From positions 1 to 18,701 of the IMG/VR virus record IMGVR_UViG_3300021599_001517: 18,701 bases of DNA; one strand, 5' to 3'. This document shows, one piece after another, positions 1 through 7,958 of the stretch (its first letter is position 1; each line of letters starts with the position of its first letter). The stretch comes from a virus (taxonomy: Duplodnaviria; Heunggongvirae; Uroviricota; Caudoviricetes). Made by a program: the position numbers and the translations under genes. The notes beneath the pieces are model-generated. The model saw nothing but the letters and a program-made list of their open reading frames with translations. It did not search any database and had not been told where the DNA came from.

Positions 1-771
1 GAACAGATATTAGAAGTTTACGAACATAATAGTACCGGTGGGGTAAGTCATATACCCTACTATAAAATACAAAATCGAGGGACACTGGAAATAGCAGCCT
101 GCGGGTTTGGATGTGTGCTAGTCAAGTCGGAAGTGTTTAGATCGATTGGATATCCACAATTTATGTATCATCCGGCACTAGATCATAATCATACAATCAG
201 TGAAGACATAGATTTTTGTCGTAAAGCTAAAGACAGAGGTTTTAGTATTTGGGCTGATACTAGTATATTGTGCAGTCATATAGGACAAACTAATTTTAAT
301 CTAATTCCAGAAGTTCCTGTAGCAGAATCAATAATTGACCATTCAGCAAGATTAAAAGAATTAGGCAGTCAAAGATTAATACCACAAAAACATGTTGAGT
401 TTCTTCAACAACTGTCTATTCAACCAAAAGTAATCTATGATGTTGGTGCTTGTGTACTGCATTGGACCAATGAAGCTAAACGCATATGGCCTAATGCACA
501 GTATGTGGTTTTTGAAGCTATGCCAGAGTGCGAATTCATGTATAAAGAAAATAACTTATTATATCATATAGGTTTACTCAGTGATAGCACAGGTAAAGAA
601 TTAGAATTTTATCAAAACACTTATCACCCTGGCGGTAACAGTTACTATAAAGAAAATATAGAGATAAATCCAGAAGCCGAAAAATATTTTAATGAAAGTC
701 ATCGTTCTAAAAGGTGCTGTAGAAATCTTAAAATCCTGCGATCATGTGATTTTAGAGTTACAAGAAGTTGA
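1..771 (+). CDS. 5'-truncated GT2-like glycosyltransferase C-terminus fused to the N-terminal part of an FkbM-family SAM methyltransferase; reading frame disrupted near 703-706
   Basis: Frame is open from base 1 (EQILEVYEH...ACGFGCVLVKSEVF). GT2-like C-terminal motifs GFGCVLVK, SEDIDFC, IWADTSILCSHIG, then FkbM-like VIYDVGACVLHW and VFEAMP. Homology-like sequence ends at YFNESHR (~705). Confidence 0.7.
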   Translation, partial: EQILEVYEHNSTGGVSHIPYYKIQNRGTLEIAACGFGCVLVKSEVFRSIGYPQFMYHPALDHNHTISEDIDFCRKAKDRGFSIWADTSILCSHIGQTNFNLIPEVPVAESIIDHSARLKELGSQRLIPQKHVEFLQQLSIQPKVIYDVGACVLHWTNEAKRIWPNAQYVVFEAMPECEFMYKENNLLYHIGLLSDSTGKELEFYQNTYHPGGNSYYKENIEINPEAEKYFNESHRSKRCCRNLKILRSCDFRVTRS

Positions 772-895
772 ATATAATAAAGGCGCACCTCTTAAACAAA
801 CTGTAGTAGAGTATATGGAATCGCAGGGTTTTACAAATATGGGCATGTTTAGCAGTAACGGACCAGATGGCGACTACTATTTTACTAGATGCTAA
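704..895 (+). pseudogene. Out-of-frame C-terminal fragment of the FkbM methyltransferase
   Basis: VLKGAVEILKSCDHVILELQEVEYNKGAP is the typical FkbM C-terminal segment, but it lies in a different frame from 1..771 and the usual preceding KxDxxGxE motif is absent. Confidence 0.65.
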
Positions 896-898
896 ATA
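893..898 (+). promoter_or_regulatory. TAAATA late-promoter-like motif upstream of ORF 917
   Basis: Core of the T4-type TATAAATA late promoter; overlaps the upstream stop codon and recurs before many genes in the window. Confidence 0.5.
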
Positions 899-916
899 TG
901 TAAAATTGGATTCATT

Positions 917-1255
917 ATGAGAGCACAAGAAATTATAAAATCTGTACTAGATCTTATTGATCAAATTGAAGGACCACAAGAACCTCAATCTATAGCAGTA
1001 GTCAGCGCAGAGCCTGAGGCAGAAATTGATCTAGACACAACTGATGATCAAATACGTCGTTTTCAACAAATTGCAGGGCTAATGGCTAAAGATCTTAACG
1101 ATACTAGTACCTACGCCAACGAACCAGATGAGATGTATGCAGATATTGATGCAGTGACAACCTTAGCAGGTGGTGGTCATAACGGACCTAAACACCCTAG
1201 CGATATTAGGGGAGAGCATCCTAGCATGTACCCATTCCTACAGCACAGGGGATAA
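917..1255 (+). CDS. Hypothetical acidic protein (112 aa)
   Basis: ORF after a TAAATA motif, tightly packed against the next gene; no recognised family. Confidence 0.8.
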   Translation: MRAQEIIKSVLDLIDQIEGPQEPQSIAVVSAEPEAEIDLDTTDDQIRRFQQIAGLMAKDLNDTSTYANEPDEMYADIDAVTTLAGGGHNGPKHPSDIRGEHPSMYPFLQHRG

Positions 1256-1257
1256 AC

Positions 1258-1692
1258 ATGGCTATAATAAACATCACAGTTCAAAGCCTGTTAAACACAG
1301 CAGTTTATGATCTACAAACAGTAGACACCGCAGGAACTATTGGTGATTTAAAAACTGCCATGGAAACTAACTTTTCATACTCAGCGGATTGGTTTGATTT
1401 AGTATTCAATAATCAAGTATTAGATACTGCACAAACTATAGGTTCTTATGGTATAGTGGAAGGTTCGCAGTTAAGAATTCATAATAAAATTGCAAGGCTA
1501 GCTACTAAAGAATTAAGACAAATAGCAAAATTAGATTTATCTGCATTGGATCGTGCTGCCAGCGGCAATGCTAGAGCAACTTACGACATTACACAGTTAC
1601 CTAATCCTTATAACGACAATGATGTAGATCCAGACGAAAATCCAAACACAGGTGGACTAGTTCAAGGCCGTCCATGGACCACTGGACCATAA
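1258..1692 (+). CDS. Ubiquitin-like (beta-grasp) domain protein with ~70-aa C-terminal extension
   Basis: Residues 22-74 align without gaps to ubiquitin 17-69 with 13 identities (V17,T22,I23,K27,D39,L43,F45,L50,T55,Y59,I61,S65,L67); INITVQSL resembles MQIFVKTL. No GG at the ubiquitin G75-G76 position. Confidence 0.7.
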   Translation: MAIINITVQSLLNTAVYDLQTVDTAGTIGDLKTAMETNFSYSADWFDLVFNNQVLDTAQTIGSYGIVEGSQLRIHNKIARLATKELRQIAKLDLSALDRAASGNARATYDITQLPNPYNDNDVDPDENPNTGGLVQGRPWTTGP

Positions 1693-1693
1693 G

Positions 1694-3046
1694 ATGGGCG
1701 TTCGAAACCCTAACTCAACAAACTATATTCATGCGGACGAGCCTAATCTTCTTAATCTGCATAAGGCTATGGAGTACAATGCTATTGGGCAACCTGTGCT
1801 TCGTGCCAACGTTAACCTAGTAGGCTCAGGCGAAGGTTCTGGAGTTAGTTCCAGCATAGACAGCAAAGGTCGTCTAAAAGTCCAGACACAACAAACTCTA
1901 TTCTTCAACACATTCCAGTATGGTAAAGAAACTGATGTGTGGGATGAGAGCGCAGTCAACGGAGCCTCCGCAGTATTTGACACTTCATTTAGTCAAATAC
2001 GCATGGAGGTGACAAATCAACTGGGATCCAAGGTCATACGACAAACCCGCAACGTTCAACGTTATACTCCAGGCCGCACACAGAGTGTGGCATTCGCTAT
2101 TAGGTTAGATACACCAACAACTGGCATCCGTCGTAGGTTTGGAATGTTTGATGGCACTGATGGATTTTTCTTTGAAGACTGTGGAACTGTTGATCCAGTA
2201 ACAGGTGAGCCACAGTATGCCTGTGTGATTATCAACAGTGATGGTGCTACACCCACAGTGGAAAGAATCTATCGCAAAGACTGGAACGGCGATAAACTAG
2301 ATGGTAACGGTCCCAGCGGTCTCACAGCAGATCCTCAAGCACAGCAGTTAGTCATGATGGATTACGAATGGTATGGTGCTGGACAGGTATCGTTTATGTT
2401 TGTGATGAACGGCTTGCCCAGAGTTATACACACCTTTAACCACGGTAATAGACTACAGAGTCCTTGGGCGAAAACTCCATTCTTGCCCATCAGACTGGAG
2501 ATAGAAAATCTCACTGGAGCCGCGGGCACACACTATCTATGGCAGGGCAGTAATAGTATTCTAGCAGAAGGATCGGTTGAAAAACTAGGCATCGCTGAAA
2601 GTATTCTAACACCGTTAACTGGTATCAACATGCCCTTGTCCAACACATTCTATCCCGTAGTCAGTATTAGAATAAAAAGCACAGCATTAACAGGCATTGT
2701 TATACCTACTTACTTCCAAGCAGGCACTGTAGACAACACTGACATTTACTTTAAACTTATACGCAATGCCACAGTAAACGGCACGTGGGTGGATCATCCA
2801 GATCCCAATGCTTTCACACAGTACAACTATACTTCAACGGGTGCTATCACAGACGGTGTTGAACTGTCAGCAGGTATCATTACAGCAGGCGGCGGTGCCG
2901 CACAGATTAGAGTGGACACCGACACAGTTTATCAAATTGGTCGAAGTAATTTAGGCACAGTCAGCGATAACTTAACCTTGGCTATCGCTGCCAAGAATGC
3001 CAACAAGAATGCTGTGGCCACAATGACTTGGATTGAACAGAGATGA
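1694..3046 (+). CDS. Hypothetical beta-strand-rich protein, possibly a virion structural or lectin-like protein (450 aa)
   Basis: Long ORF rich in T/G/V/N with alternating hydrophobic strands; no catalytic motif recognised. Function is inference. Confidence 0.75.
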   Translation: MGVRNPNSTNYIHADEPNLLNLHKAMEYNAIGQPVLRANVNLVGSGEGSGVSSSIDSKGRLKVQTQQTLFFNTFQYGKETDVWDESAVNGASAVFDTSFSQIRMEVTNQLGSKVIRQTRNVQRYTPGRTQSVAFAIRLDTPTTGIRRRFGMFDGTDGFFFEDCGTVDPVTGEPQYACVIINSDGATPTVERIYRKDWNGDKLDGNGPSGLTADPQAQQLVMMDYEWYGAGQVSFMFVMNGLPRVIHTFNHGNRLQSPWAKTPFLPIRLEIENLTGAAGTHYLWQGSNSILAEGSVEKLGIAESILTPLTGINMPLSNTFYPVVSIRIKSTALTGIVIPTYFQAGTVDNTDIYFKLIRNATVNGTWVDHPDPNAFTQYNYTSTGAITDGVELSAGIITAGGGAAQIRVDTDTVYQIGRSNLGTVSDNLTLAIAAKNANKNAVATMTWIEQR

Positions 3047-3468
3047 TCTACAGAAAATATATAAACATCGTAGAAGCAGCCAACAAAGGTTGTCCTATTG
3101 CTACCTACGACATAGACGTCAACCTAAAGAATCGTCAGAAGGCCATTGATGATTATCACTACGGCCCTGCTAATCCTGAGGAGCCAGAATCATATTGGAA
3201 GGATGCCGCAAAACGATGGGATATTACAGAAAAGACTGCTCGTACAATGCTGTGCGGTAACTGTGCGGCTTTTGATGTATCAGACAAAATGTGGACATGT
3301 ATTGAAGATGGTATCAAAGGTGATGAAAAATCTGCAGATGCTATGGCCACAATCCACAAAGCAGACTTAGGCTACTGCAACTTCCTACACTTCAAATGCG
3401 CCGGAGATCGTTCCTGCACAGCGTGGGTCACTGGCGGAGCAATAGATGACAAGGATCGTACAGAATGA
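3043..3468 (+). CDS. Cys-rich protein (7 Cys), possible Fe-S or metal-binding, HiPIP-like spacing
   Basis: CGNCAAF and GYCNFLHFKCAGDRSCTAW motifs; ATGA overlaps at both ends. Confidence 0.75.
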   Translation: MIYRKYINIVEAANKGCPIATYDIDVNLKNRQKAIDDYHYGPANPEEPESYWKDAAKRWDITEKTARTMLCGNCAAFDVSDKMWTCIEDGIKGDEKSADAMATIHKADLGYCNFLHFKCAGDRSCTAWVTGGAIDDKDRTE

Positions 3469-3857
3469 AAATACAAGATGTAGTTTCTGAAGGCAAGTTT
3501 AGATCTAGAGACATCGAGGATTATAAACCCGATAATGAAAAACTCAACGATCTAAAAAGCAAATATCTTCCAGACTGGGAAATGTTAGATCATAAAACTC
3601 TACAAGCCAAATACGTTGCTAAGGATCACAGACATGCCTTATCATTTGTAAAATTCATTAATGGTCTTTCGGAACGTATGGATCATTTTGCAGAAGTTAC
3701 ACAGGATGTTGCAGAAGTCACAGTAAAGACTACTACATTTGATGTCAAAGGGTTAACTGTATTAGATTTTAAACTGGCAATGAAAGTTGATCGTTACGCT
3801 GAAAAGAATGACATAGAACAAGTGCGTATGCAGGGCAACTTTGGTATGCATGAATAA
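3465..3857 (+). CDS. Pterin-4-alpha-carbinolamine dehydratase (PCD/PhhB/DCoH)-like protein, catalytically degenerate
   Basis: LPDW...HALSF...SERMDHF...VTVKTTTFDVKGLTVLDFKLAMKVD follows the PCD pattern, but the HH and TH motifs read HF and TF. Confidence 0.75.
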   Translation: MKIQDVVSEGKFRSRDIEDYKPDNEKLNDLKSKYLPDWEMLDHKTLQAKYVAKDHRHALSFVKFINGLSERMDHFAEVTQDVAEVTVKTTTFDVKGLTVLDFKLAMKVDRYAEKNDIEQVRMQGNFGMHE

Positions 3858-3868
3858 GGGAGCGAATA

Positions 3869-4003
3869 ATGGAAAAGGAATCAATTTGTAATTATTGTAA
3901 ACATCAAGCACATTGCGGACAAAGTTGCTTAGACGAAAGTTGCGACCATTGTTCAGAATGCGCCTGCGATCATTGTCAAGCAGAATCTACTAGAGAAGAA
4001 TAA
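3869..4003 (+). CDS. Metallothionein-like small protein (44 aa, 9 Cys, 4 His), not in the supplied ORF track
   Basis: Manual translation MEKESICNYCKHQAHCGQSCLDESCDHCSECACDHCQAESTREE; GGGAG at 3858-3862, 6 nt before ATG; TAATG coupling to the next gene; fills the intergenic gap exactly. Confidence 0.8.
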   Translation: MEKESICNYCKHQAHCGQSCLDESCDHCSECACDHCQAESTREE

Positions 4004-4623
4004 TGTTTCGTAGACATCAAATTACATTGATGTCAAATCCGTCCTGTAATAAAAAAATTGAAAATTTAGAATTGACAGATTTTCAATACTACGATAAAGA
4101 TGGATTTGAATTAAATCGCGCAGAACGTAAATTTTACGCTGCAATGAAATATCCTATTGATAATCCTATATTGAATCATACCTGTTGGCAAGAACCGTGG
4201 TTTGAATTAGAAAAAGACAATTTAAATTTAATATTAGATCACAGTATATTTCTTTGTAAATGTAAGTTTGATGGTGAGGCAGAACAACAACTTAGAAGGT
4301 TAAAAGAATCAATTCCTCAAGCTGATTTATTATTAAGAACTAAACAAAAGTGGGGTTTTGATTTTGCGTTAGATGCAGTGCGTGATGGAACAGTGTTTGA
4401 GGTTCTGCATATAGAATACGATCATTACAACTATGATATTTTTAAGAATCGTATGATTAATTTTGAATGGACAGTGCGGCATACTGATTGGCGTGACGCT
4501 GCTGATCGTATATGGTCAGTCAGAGACCAATGGCAAGGTCTACAAGGATTTGATCAAAATCACTGGAAAGCTAACTTTTTATTAGGTTGGACCAAAGCTG
4601 AATTTACAGAGAAAAGCGTATAA
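4003..4623 (+). CDS. Hypothetical protein (206 aa)
   Basis: TAATG-coupled ORF, aromatic-rich; no confident family. Confidence 0.8.
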   Translation: MFRRHQITLMSNPSCNKKIENLELTDFQYYDKDGFELNRAERKFYAAMKYPIDNPILNHTCWQEPWFELEKDNLNLILDHSIFLCKCKFDGEAEQQLRRLKESIPQADLLLRTKQKWGFDFALDAVRDGTVFEVLHIEYDHYNYDIFKNRMINFEWTVRHTDWRDAADRIWSVRDQWQGLQGFDQNHWKANFLLGWTKAEFTEKSV

Positions 4624-4626
4624 ATA
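4619..4626 (+). promoter_or_regulatory. TATAAATA late promoter (perfect T4 consensus)
   Basis: Exact TATAAATA 23 nt upstream of the SNase start; GAGG RBS at 4641-4644. Confidence 0.65.
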
Positions 4627-4649
4627 CAGCTATTATTAGTGAGGTTTTC

Positions 4650-5108
4650 ATGTTTAAAGAAAAACTATTCCTAGCTATGCTAGGATTTTTGCTGTTTTTT
4701 CCACTTAGCAAAGCAGCTTTTGCACAAAAAGCACCACAAGGTGTTACGTATGACGCACAAATTTTAAGGGTAAGCGACGGTGACACTATTGTTATCAGTG
4801 CACCATTTCTTCCTAAGCCGCTCAAACCAGAACTTGCAGTTAGAATCTACGGAGTTGACACTCCAGAAAAAGGCCACAGAGCTCAGTGCCCAAGTGAAGC
4901 TCAGCGAGGGGAAGCAGCCTCAGCATTTACCAAAAACGCAGTAGCTACTACTCAAAAACATCAGGTTACGCTTTACGCCTGGGATAAGTTTGGTGGTCGT
5001 GTACTGGGAGATATCATTCTAAATGGTGTTAGTCTACGTGCCGAACTAATTAAAAATGGGTTTGCCCGTGAGTACTACGGCGAAGCCAAACAAAGTTGGT
5101 GTCAATAA
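4650..5108 (+). CDS. Staphylococcal nuclease (SNase/thermonuclease)-family nuclease with predicted signal peptide
   Basis: RVSDGDTI, VRIYGVDTPE, DKFGGRVLG, LIKNGFAREY motifs; N-terminus basic-hydrophobic-AFA. Confidence 0.9.
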   Translation: MFKEKLFLAMLGFLLFFPLSKAAFAQKAPQGVTYDAQILRVSDGDTIVISAPFLPKPLKPELAVRIYGVDTPEKGHRAQCPSEAQRGEAASAFTKNAVATTQKHQVTLYAWDKFGGRVLGDIILNGVSLRAELIKNGFAREYYGEAKQSWCQ

Positions 5109-5944
5109 TGAAATCATTCCGCAATTATCTTTATGAAGTAGAACGTAGACGTCAGCCTGATGAGGATGATGATTCTGAACGTAAGCCTACTAAAGACAAA
5201 CAGAAAGATCCTTTTGCGGACTTTGATGATCTATTTGCTCCTCGAGATGACAAGTTACCTGCTGCCCCAGAACCGGAGCGCAGACAAGAGGAACCACCAC
5301 GTGACGATGGAGATAGACGCAGACGTGCTAGTCAGGCTGATACACAACGAGCAGCTGGTAATATAGCACCAAATCAACGTATGCGTGATCTGTTAGGTCG
5401 TATGCGTGATATTGAAAATGATCCAGATGATCCAGGATATCCTGATCCAGAACCACCGCAAGATTTGCCCGATGTTAGAGTGAACAATCAAAACTTACCA
5501 GCGGTAGCAGGTGCTAATCTAAGAGCAGCAGGAGTTCAAGATCCAGACTTTCATAAGGTATCTAACTTACCAGGCAATATGAGTCGTGCTATTCGTACAT
5601 TAGGCCGTCAACTGTTTAGATCATTTACCACAACAGATACAAACGACATCTGGATGGTAGGTAATTTAGGTGGGCAAGGTCCTAACTCAAGACAAGAAGT
5701 AAATGCAGTTGCTGGGTGGGTTAGGAATAACGGTGAAGATATTGGTACTGGTGATATTGATTTTGATACTAGTATTCCTGGATATCAAGCAGAAATACAA
5801 CAGTATTCAGCTGGCGGCATTCGTTGGCTATTAGTAAGAGATGAATTTGGTGACTATATCTATAGTTGGCCAGAAGCAGATAGTGTGGGACATAATCGTG
5901 CTGCACAAATAGGTCGTGACCGACCACGTCTAGGAAATGATTAA
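5108..5944 (+). CDS. Hypothetical protein with acidic/Pro-rich disordered N-half; probable head-associated protein
   Basis: Start reassigned from 5096 to the ATG at 5108 (TAATG overlap with the SNase stop), giving MKSFRNYLYEVE. Confidence 0.75.
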   Translation: MKSFRNYLYEVERRRQPDEDDDSERKPTKDKQKDPFADFDDLFAPRDDKLPAAPEPERRQEEPPRDDGDRRRRASQADTQRAAGNIAPNQRMRDLLGRMRDIENDPDDPGYPDPEPPQDLPDVRVNNQNLPAVAGANLRAAGVQDPDFHKVSNLPGNMSRAIRTLGRQLFRSFTTTDTNDIWMVGNLGGQGPNSRQEVNAVAGWVRNNGEDIGTGDIDFDTSIPGYQAEIQQYSAGGIRWLLVRDEFGDYIYSWPEADSVGHNRAAQIGRDRPRLGND

Positions 5945-5947
5945 ATA
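5942..5947 (+). promoter_or_regulatory. TAAATA late-promoter-like motif
   Basis: 5 nt upstream of ATG 5953; no Shine-Dalgarno. Confidence 0.5.
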
Positions 5948-5952
5948 AAATT

Positions 5953-6819
5953 ATGACAAACGCTGGAAAATTATTTGCCGATATGTATAAAGAATCTCTC
6001 ACAGAGGCTTCTACCACTGGAGATATTATTAAAAGTAAACCTGGTGGTTCGGCCATTATGAAAGATCTACACACCACCGAACAAACTCCACATGATTTAA
6101 AATATGATAAAATAGAAAAAATCAGTTGGAGTGAGTTAAAAGATTACAGTCGTAAGAGCTGGGTAGTTATTGTAGGTTCCGAAGGAACTGGTGCAATTAA
6201 AGTCGATAACAATACATATCTTGCCAAAGCTGCTAAAGCAGATGGTGAAGTTAAAAGTTTTAGAAATGACAGAGGCGGCAATATATTAGATTTCCTTAAA
6301 GGTAACATTGGAAAATTAAGAGAGTTCCATGTAGCTTTAAAACAAAAAGATACCTCGGATACTCAAAGACAGCGAAAAGAACTTAATAAGAAACCCGATG
6401 CCGTTAAAGTAAGTCAAGAATCTCTTGTACAAAAATTCAAACCTTTATGGACTAAAGCTATTAATTCAGCCATTGTGGATATTAAAGGTCACGTAGTAAA
6501 TCAAATTAAAAATGATGCATTTGAAAAAGCAGAAAAGAAATTACATCATATTAAAAATTTAGAAAATGCTATACAAAATATGAATCAAGATAGATATGGA
6601 ACAGTTAGTATTATTAAAAGTTCAGTAAATGTAGCAGTCATGATGACCGCTGCTCATTACTATCCAGAAAAAACTGGCGATATAACAAAAGATCGTAATG
6701 GGTATTCTGTTCAAAATAGAGAAGGTGTGAATCAATTGTTAACAGATCTTGAACAAGGTGATACAGCTAAACTTGGAACAGTCCTAGCATTCTTTAAAAG
6801 GACATTGATATCAGGATGA
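5953..6819 (+). CDS. Hypothetical Lys-rich protein (288 aa)
   Basis: Long ORF, ATGA overlap with the next gene; N-terminal SLTEA motif. Confidence 0.8.
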   Translation: MTNAGKLFADMYKESLTEASTTGDIIKSKPGGSAIMKDLHTTEQTPHDLKYDKIEKISWSELKDYSRKSWVVIVGSEGTGAIKVDNNTYLAKAAKADGEVKSFRNDRGGNILDFLKGNIGKLREFHVALKQKDTSDTQRQRKELNKKPDAVKVSQESLVQKFKPLWTKAINSAIVDIKGHVVNQIKNDAFEKAEKKLHHIKNLENAIQNMNQDRYGTVSIIKSSVNVAVMMTAAHYYPEKTGDITKDRNGYSVQNREGVNQLLTDLEQGDTAKLGTVLAFFKRTLISG

Positions 6820-7958
6820 AACTAACACAAATTATTCTAGAAGCAAACATTGCTGCCAAATTAAAAGATCCTAAAATTATAAAAATGTTAGGTATTGCCG
6901 TGCGTCACGACGAAACTTTACCAAAACATAAGATAGCAGCATTAGGTCCAAAACCTGAAGATGATCAGATTCTTAATTTATGGAGCGAAATACTAGATCA
7001 AAGTTTAAGCTCAACTAATTATGGTAATATATCTACCGATGGTAAATTTGATGATTGGTTAACACGTCTTTATATTAATGGCGTGGTTGATTATGAGGAT
7101 ATCAGCGGAGAAGGTGGAGACGCTCTCGGTGCTTGGAAGGCTCTGAGTATACGAGGTAAATTAAAGCCAGAACATCAAGACTTTAACAAATTTAAAAGCA
7201 TAAAAGAAATACAACGTATCGTAAGAATGCAAGAATATCGTACAGAATTAGATAGAATTAAAAATGCCGAAGTTATTGAAAAACATAAGCGTGAAAAGAA
7301 AGAAACCACACTTATAGATAACGAACGTTTCTTGATTACACTGCCTTATAACTACGGTGCTTGCTATACATTTAATAATTCTGCAGGATTCCAAGCCAGC
7401 TTCTGTACAGGATCTAGTTCGGGGCTACGTTGGTTCGAACGCTATGCTCCAGAAGGTCCAATTATTTCTATTTTTGATAAACAAAATCAAGAAGATGAAA
7501 ATGGTAAATGGCAAATGCATGCCCCAACCGGACAGATGAACAACGGAGATCAAAGCGTAACTTATAGAAGTGGTGACAAAAGGTTTTCAGAATTATATCC
7601 TGGATTAATGAAAGAAATTATTGCAGCCATGCAGCAAAAGGCTGAAGAAATTAAAACCAATTCTACTGAAATTACCAGTGGCGGGTACGATGTTGAAGCA
7701 GCAATTAATGACATTAAAGATAAGTTACCTTCTTCTTACGCATCAGAAGCTCCTAAACCAGAAGTTGAACCAGAAGCCGAACCAGGAGCACAAGTTGACG
7801 GTCCTGGAGAATATCTAGTTACACATACTCCTACTGGTAGACAGGCACGTATTAATGCAGACGGTCGTGATGATGCACAACAGAAGTTATTACAAAGACA
7901 TCCTAATATTAATTTAGATGACTTTACATTTGAATTACAGCCCGGAGAGGCTCAATAA
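6816..7958 (+). CDS. Hypothetical protein (380 aa), probable head-associated protein
   Basis: Starts MKLTQIILEAN; central FCT...WFERY..EGP...KWQMH segment; Pro/Glu linker and small C-terminal domain. Confidence 0.8.
   Translation: MKLTQIILEANIAAKLKDPKIIKMLGIAVRHDETLPKHKIAALGPKPEDDQILNLWSEILDQSLSSTNYGNISTDGKFDDWLTRLYINGVVDYEDISGEGGDALGAWKALSIRGKLKPEHQDFNKFKSIKEIQRIVRMQEYRTELDRIKNAEVIEKHKREKKETTLIDNERFLITLPYNYGACYTFNNSAGFQASFCTGSSSGLRWFERYAPEGPIISIFDKQNQEDENGKWQMHAPTGQMNNGDQSVTYRSGDKRFSELYPGLMKEIIAAMQQKAEEIKTNSTEITSGGYDVEAAINDIKDKLPSSYASEAPKPEVEPEAEPGAQVDGPGEYLVTHTPTGRQARINADGRDDAQQKLLQRHPNINLDDFTFELQPGEAQ

Noticed and set aside
690-720. Programmed ribosomal frameshift joining the two FkbM parts
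   Set aside because: No slippery heptamer at the junction, and the joined product would still lack the KxDxxGxE segment.
1729-2256. Minus-strand ORFs 1729..1983 and 2062..2256
   Set aside because: Fully antisense to the 450-aa gene, with no RBS or recognisable motifs; shadow ORFs.
3146-3370. Alternative-frame ORF 3146..3370 (+) and antisense ORF 3159..3359
   Set aside because: Nested in the Cys-rich gene, which has coupled starts and stops; no independent signals.
4003-4623. Possible PD-(D/E)XK/Vsr-like motif FDF...IEYD
   Set aside because: Too short a resemblance to support without a profile search.
4604-6077. ORFs 4604..4825 (-), 5160..5366 (+), 5769..6077 (-)
   Set aside because: Overlap well-supported genes in other frames or strands; no motifs.
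7357-7818. ORFs 7357..7539 and 7621..7818 (+)
   Set aside because: Nested out-of-frame in the 380-aa gene; composition reflects the frame-shifted main gene.
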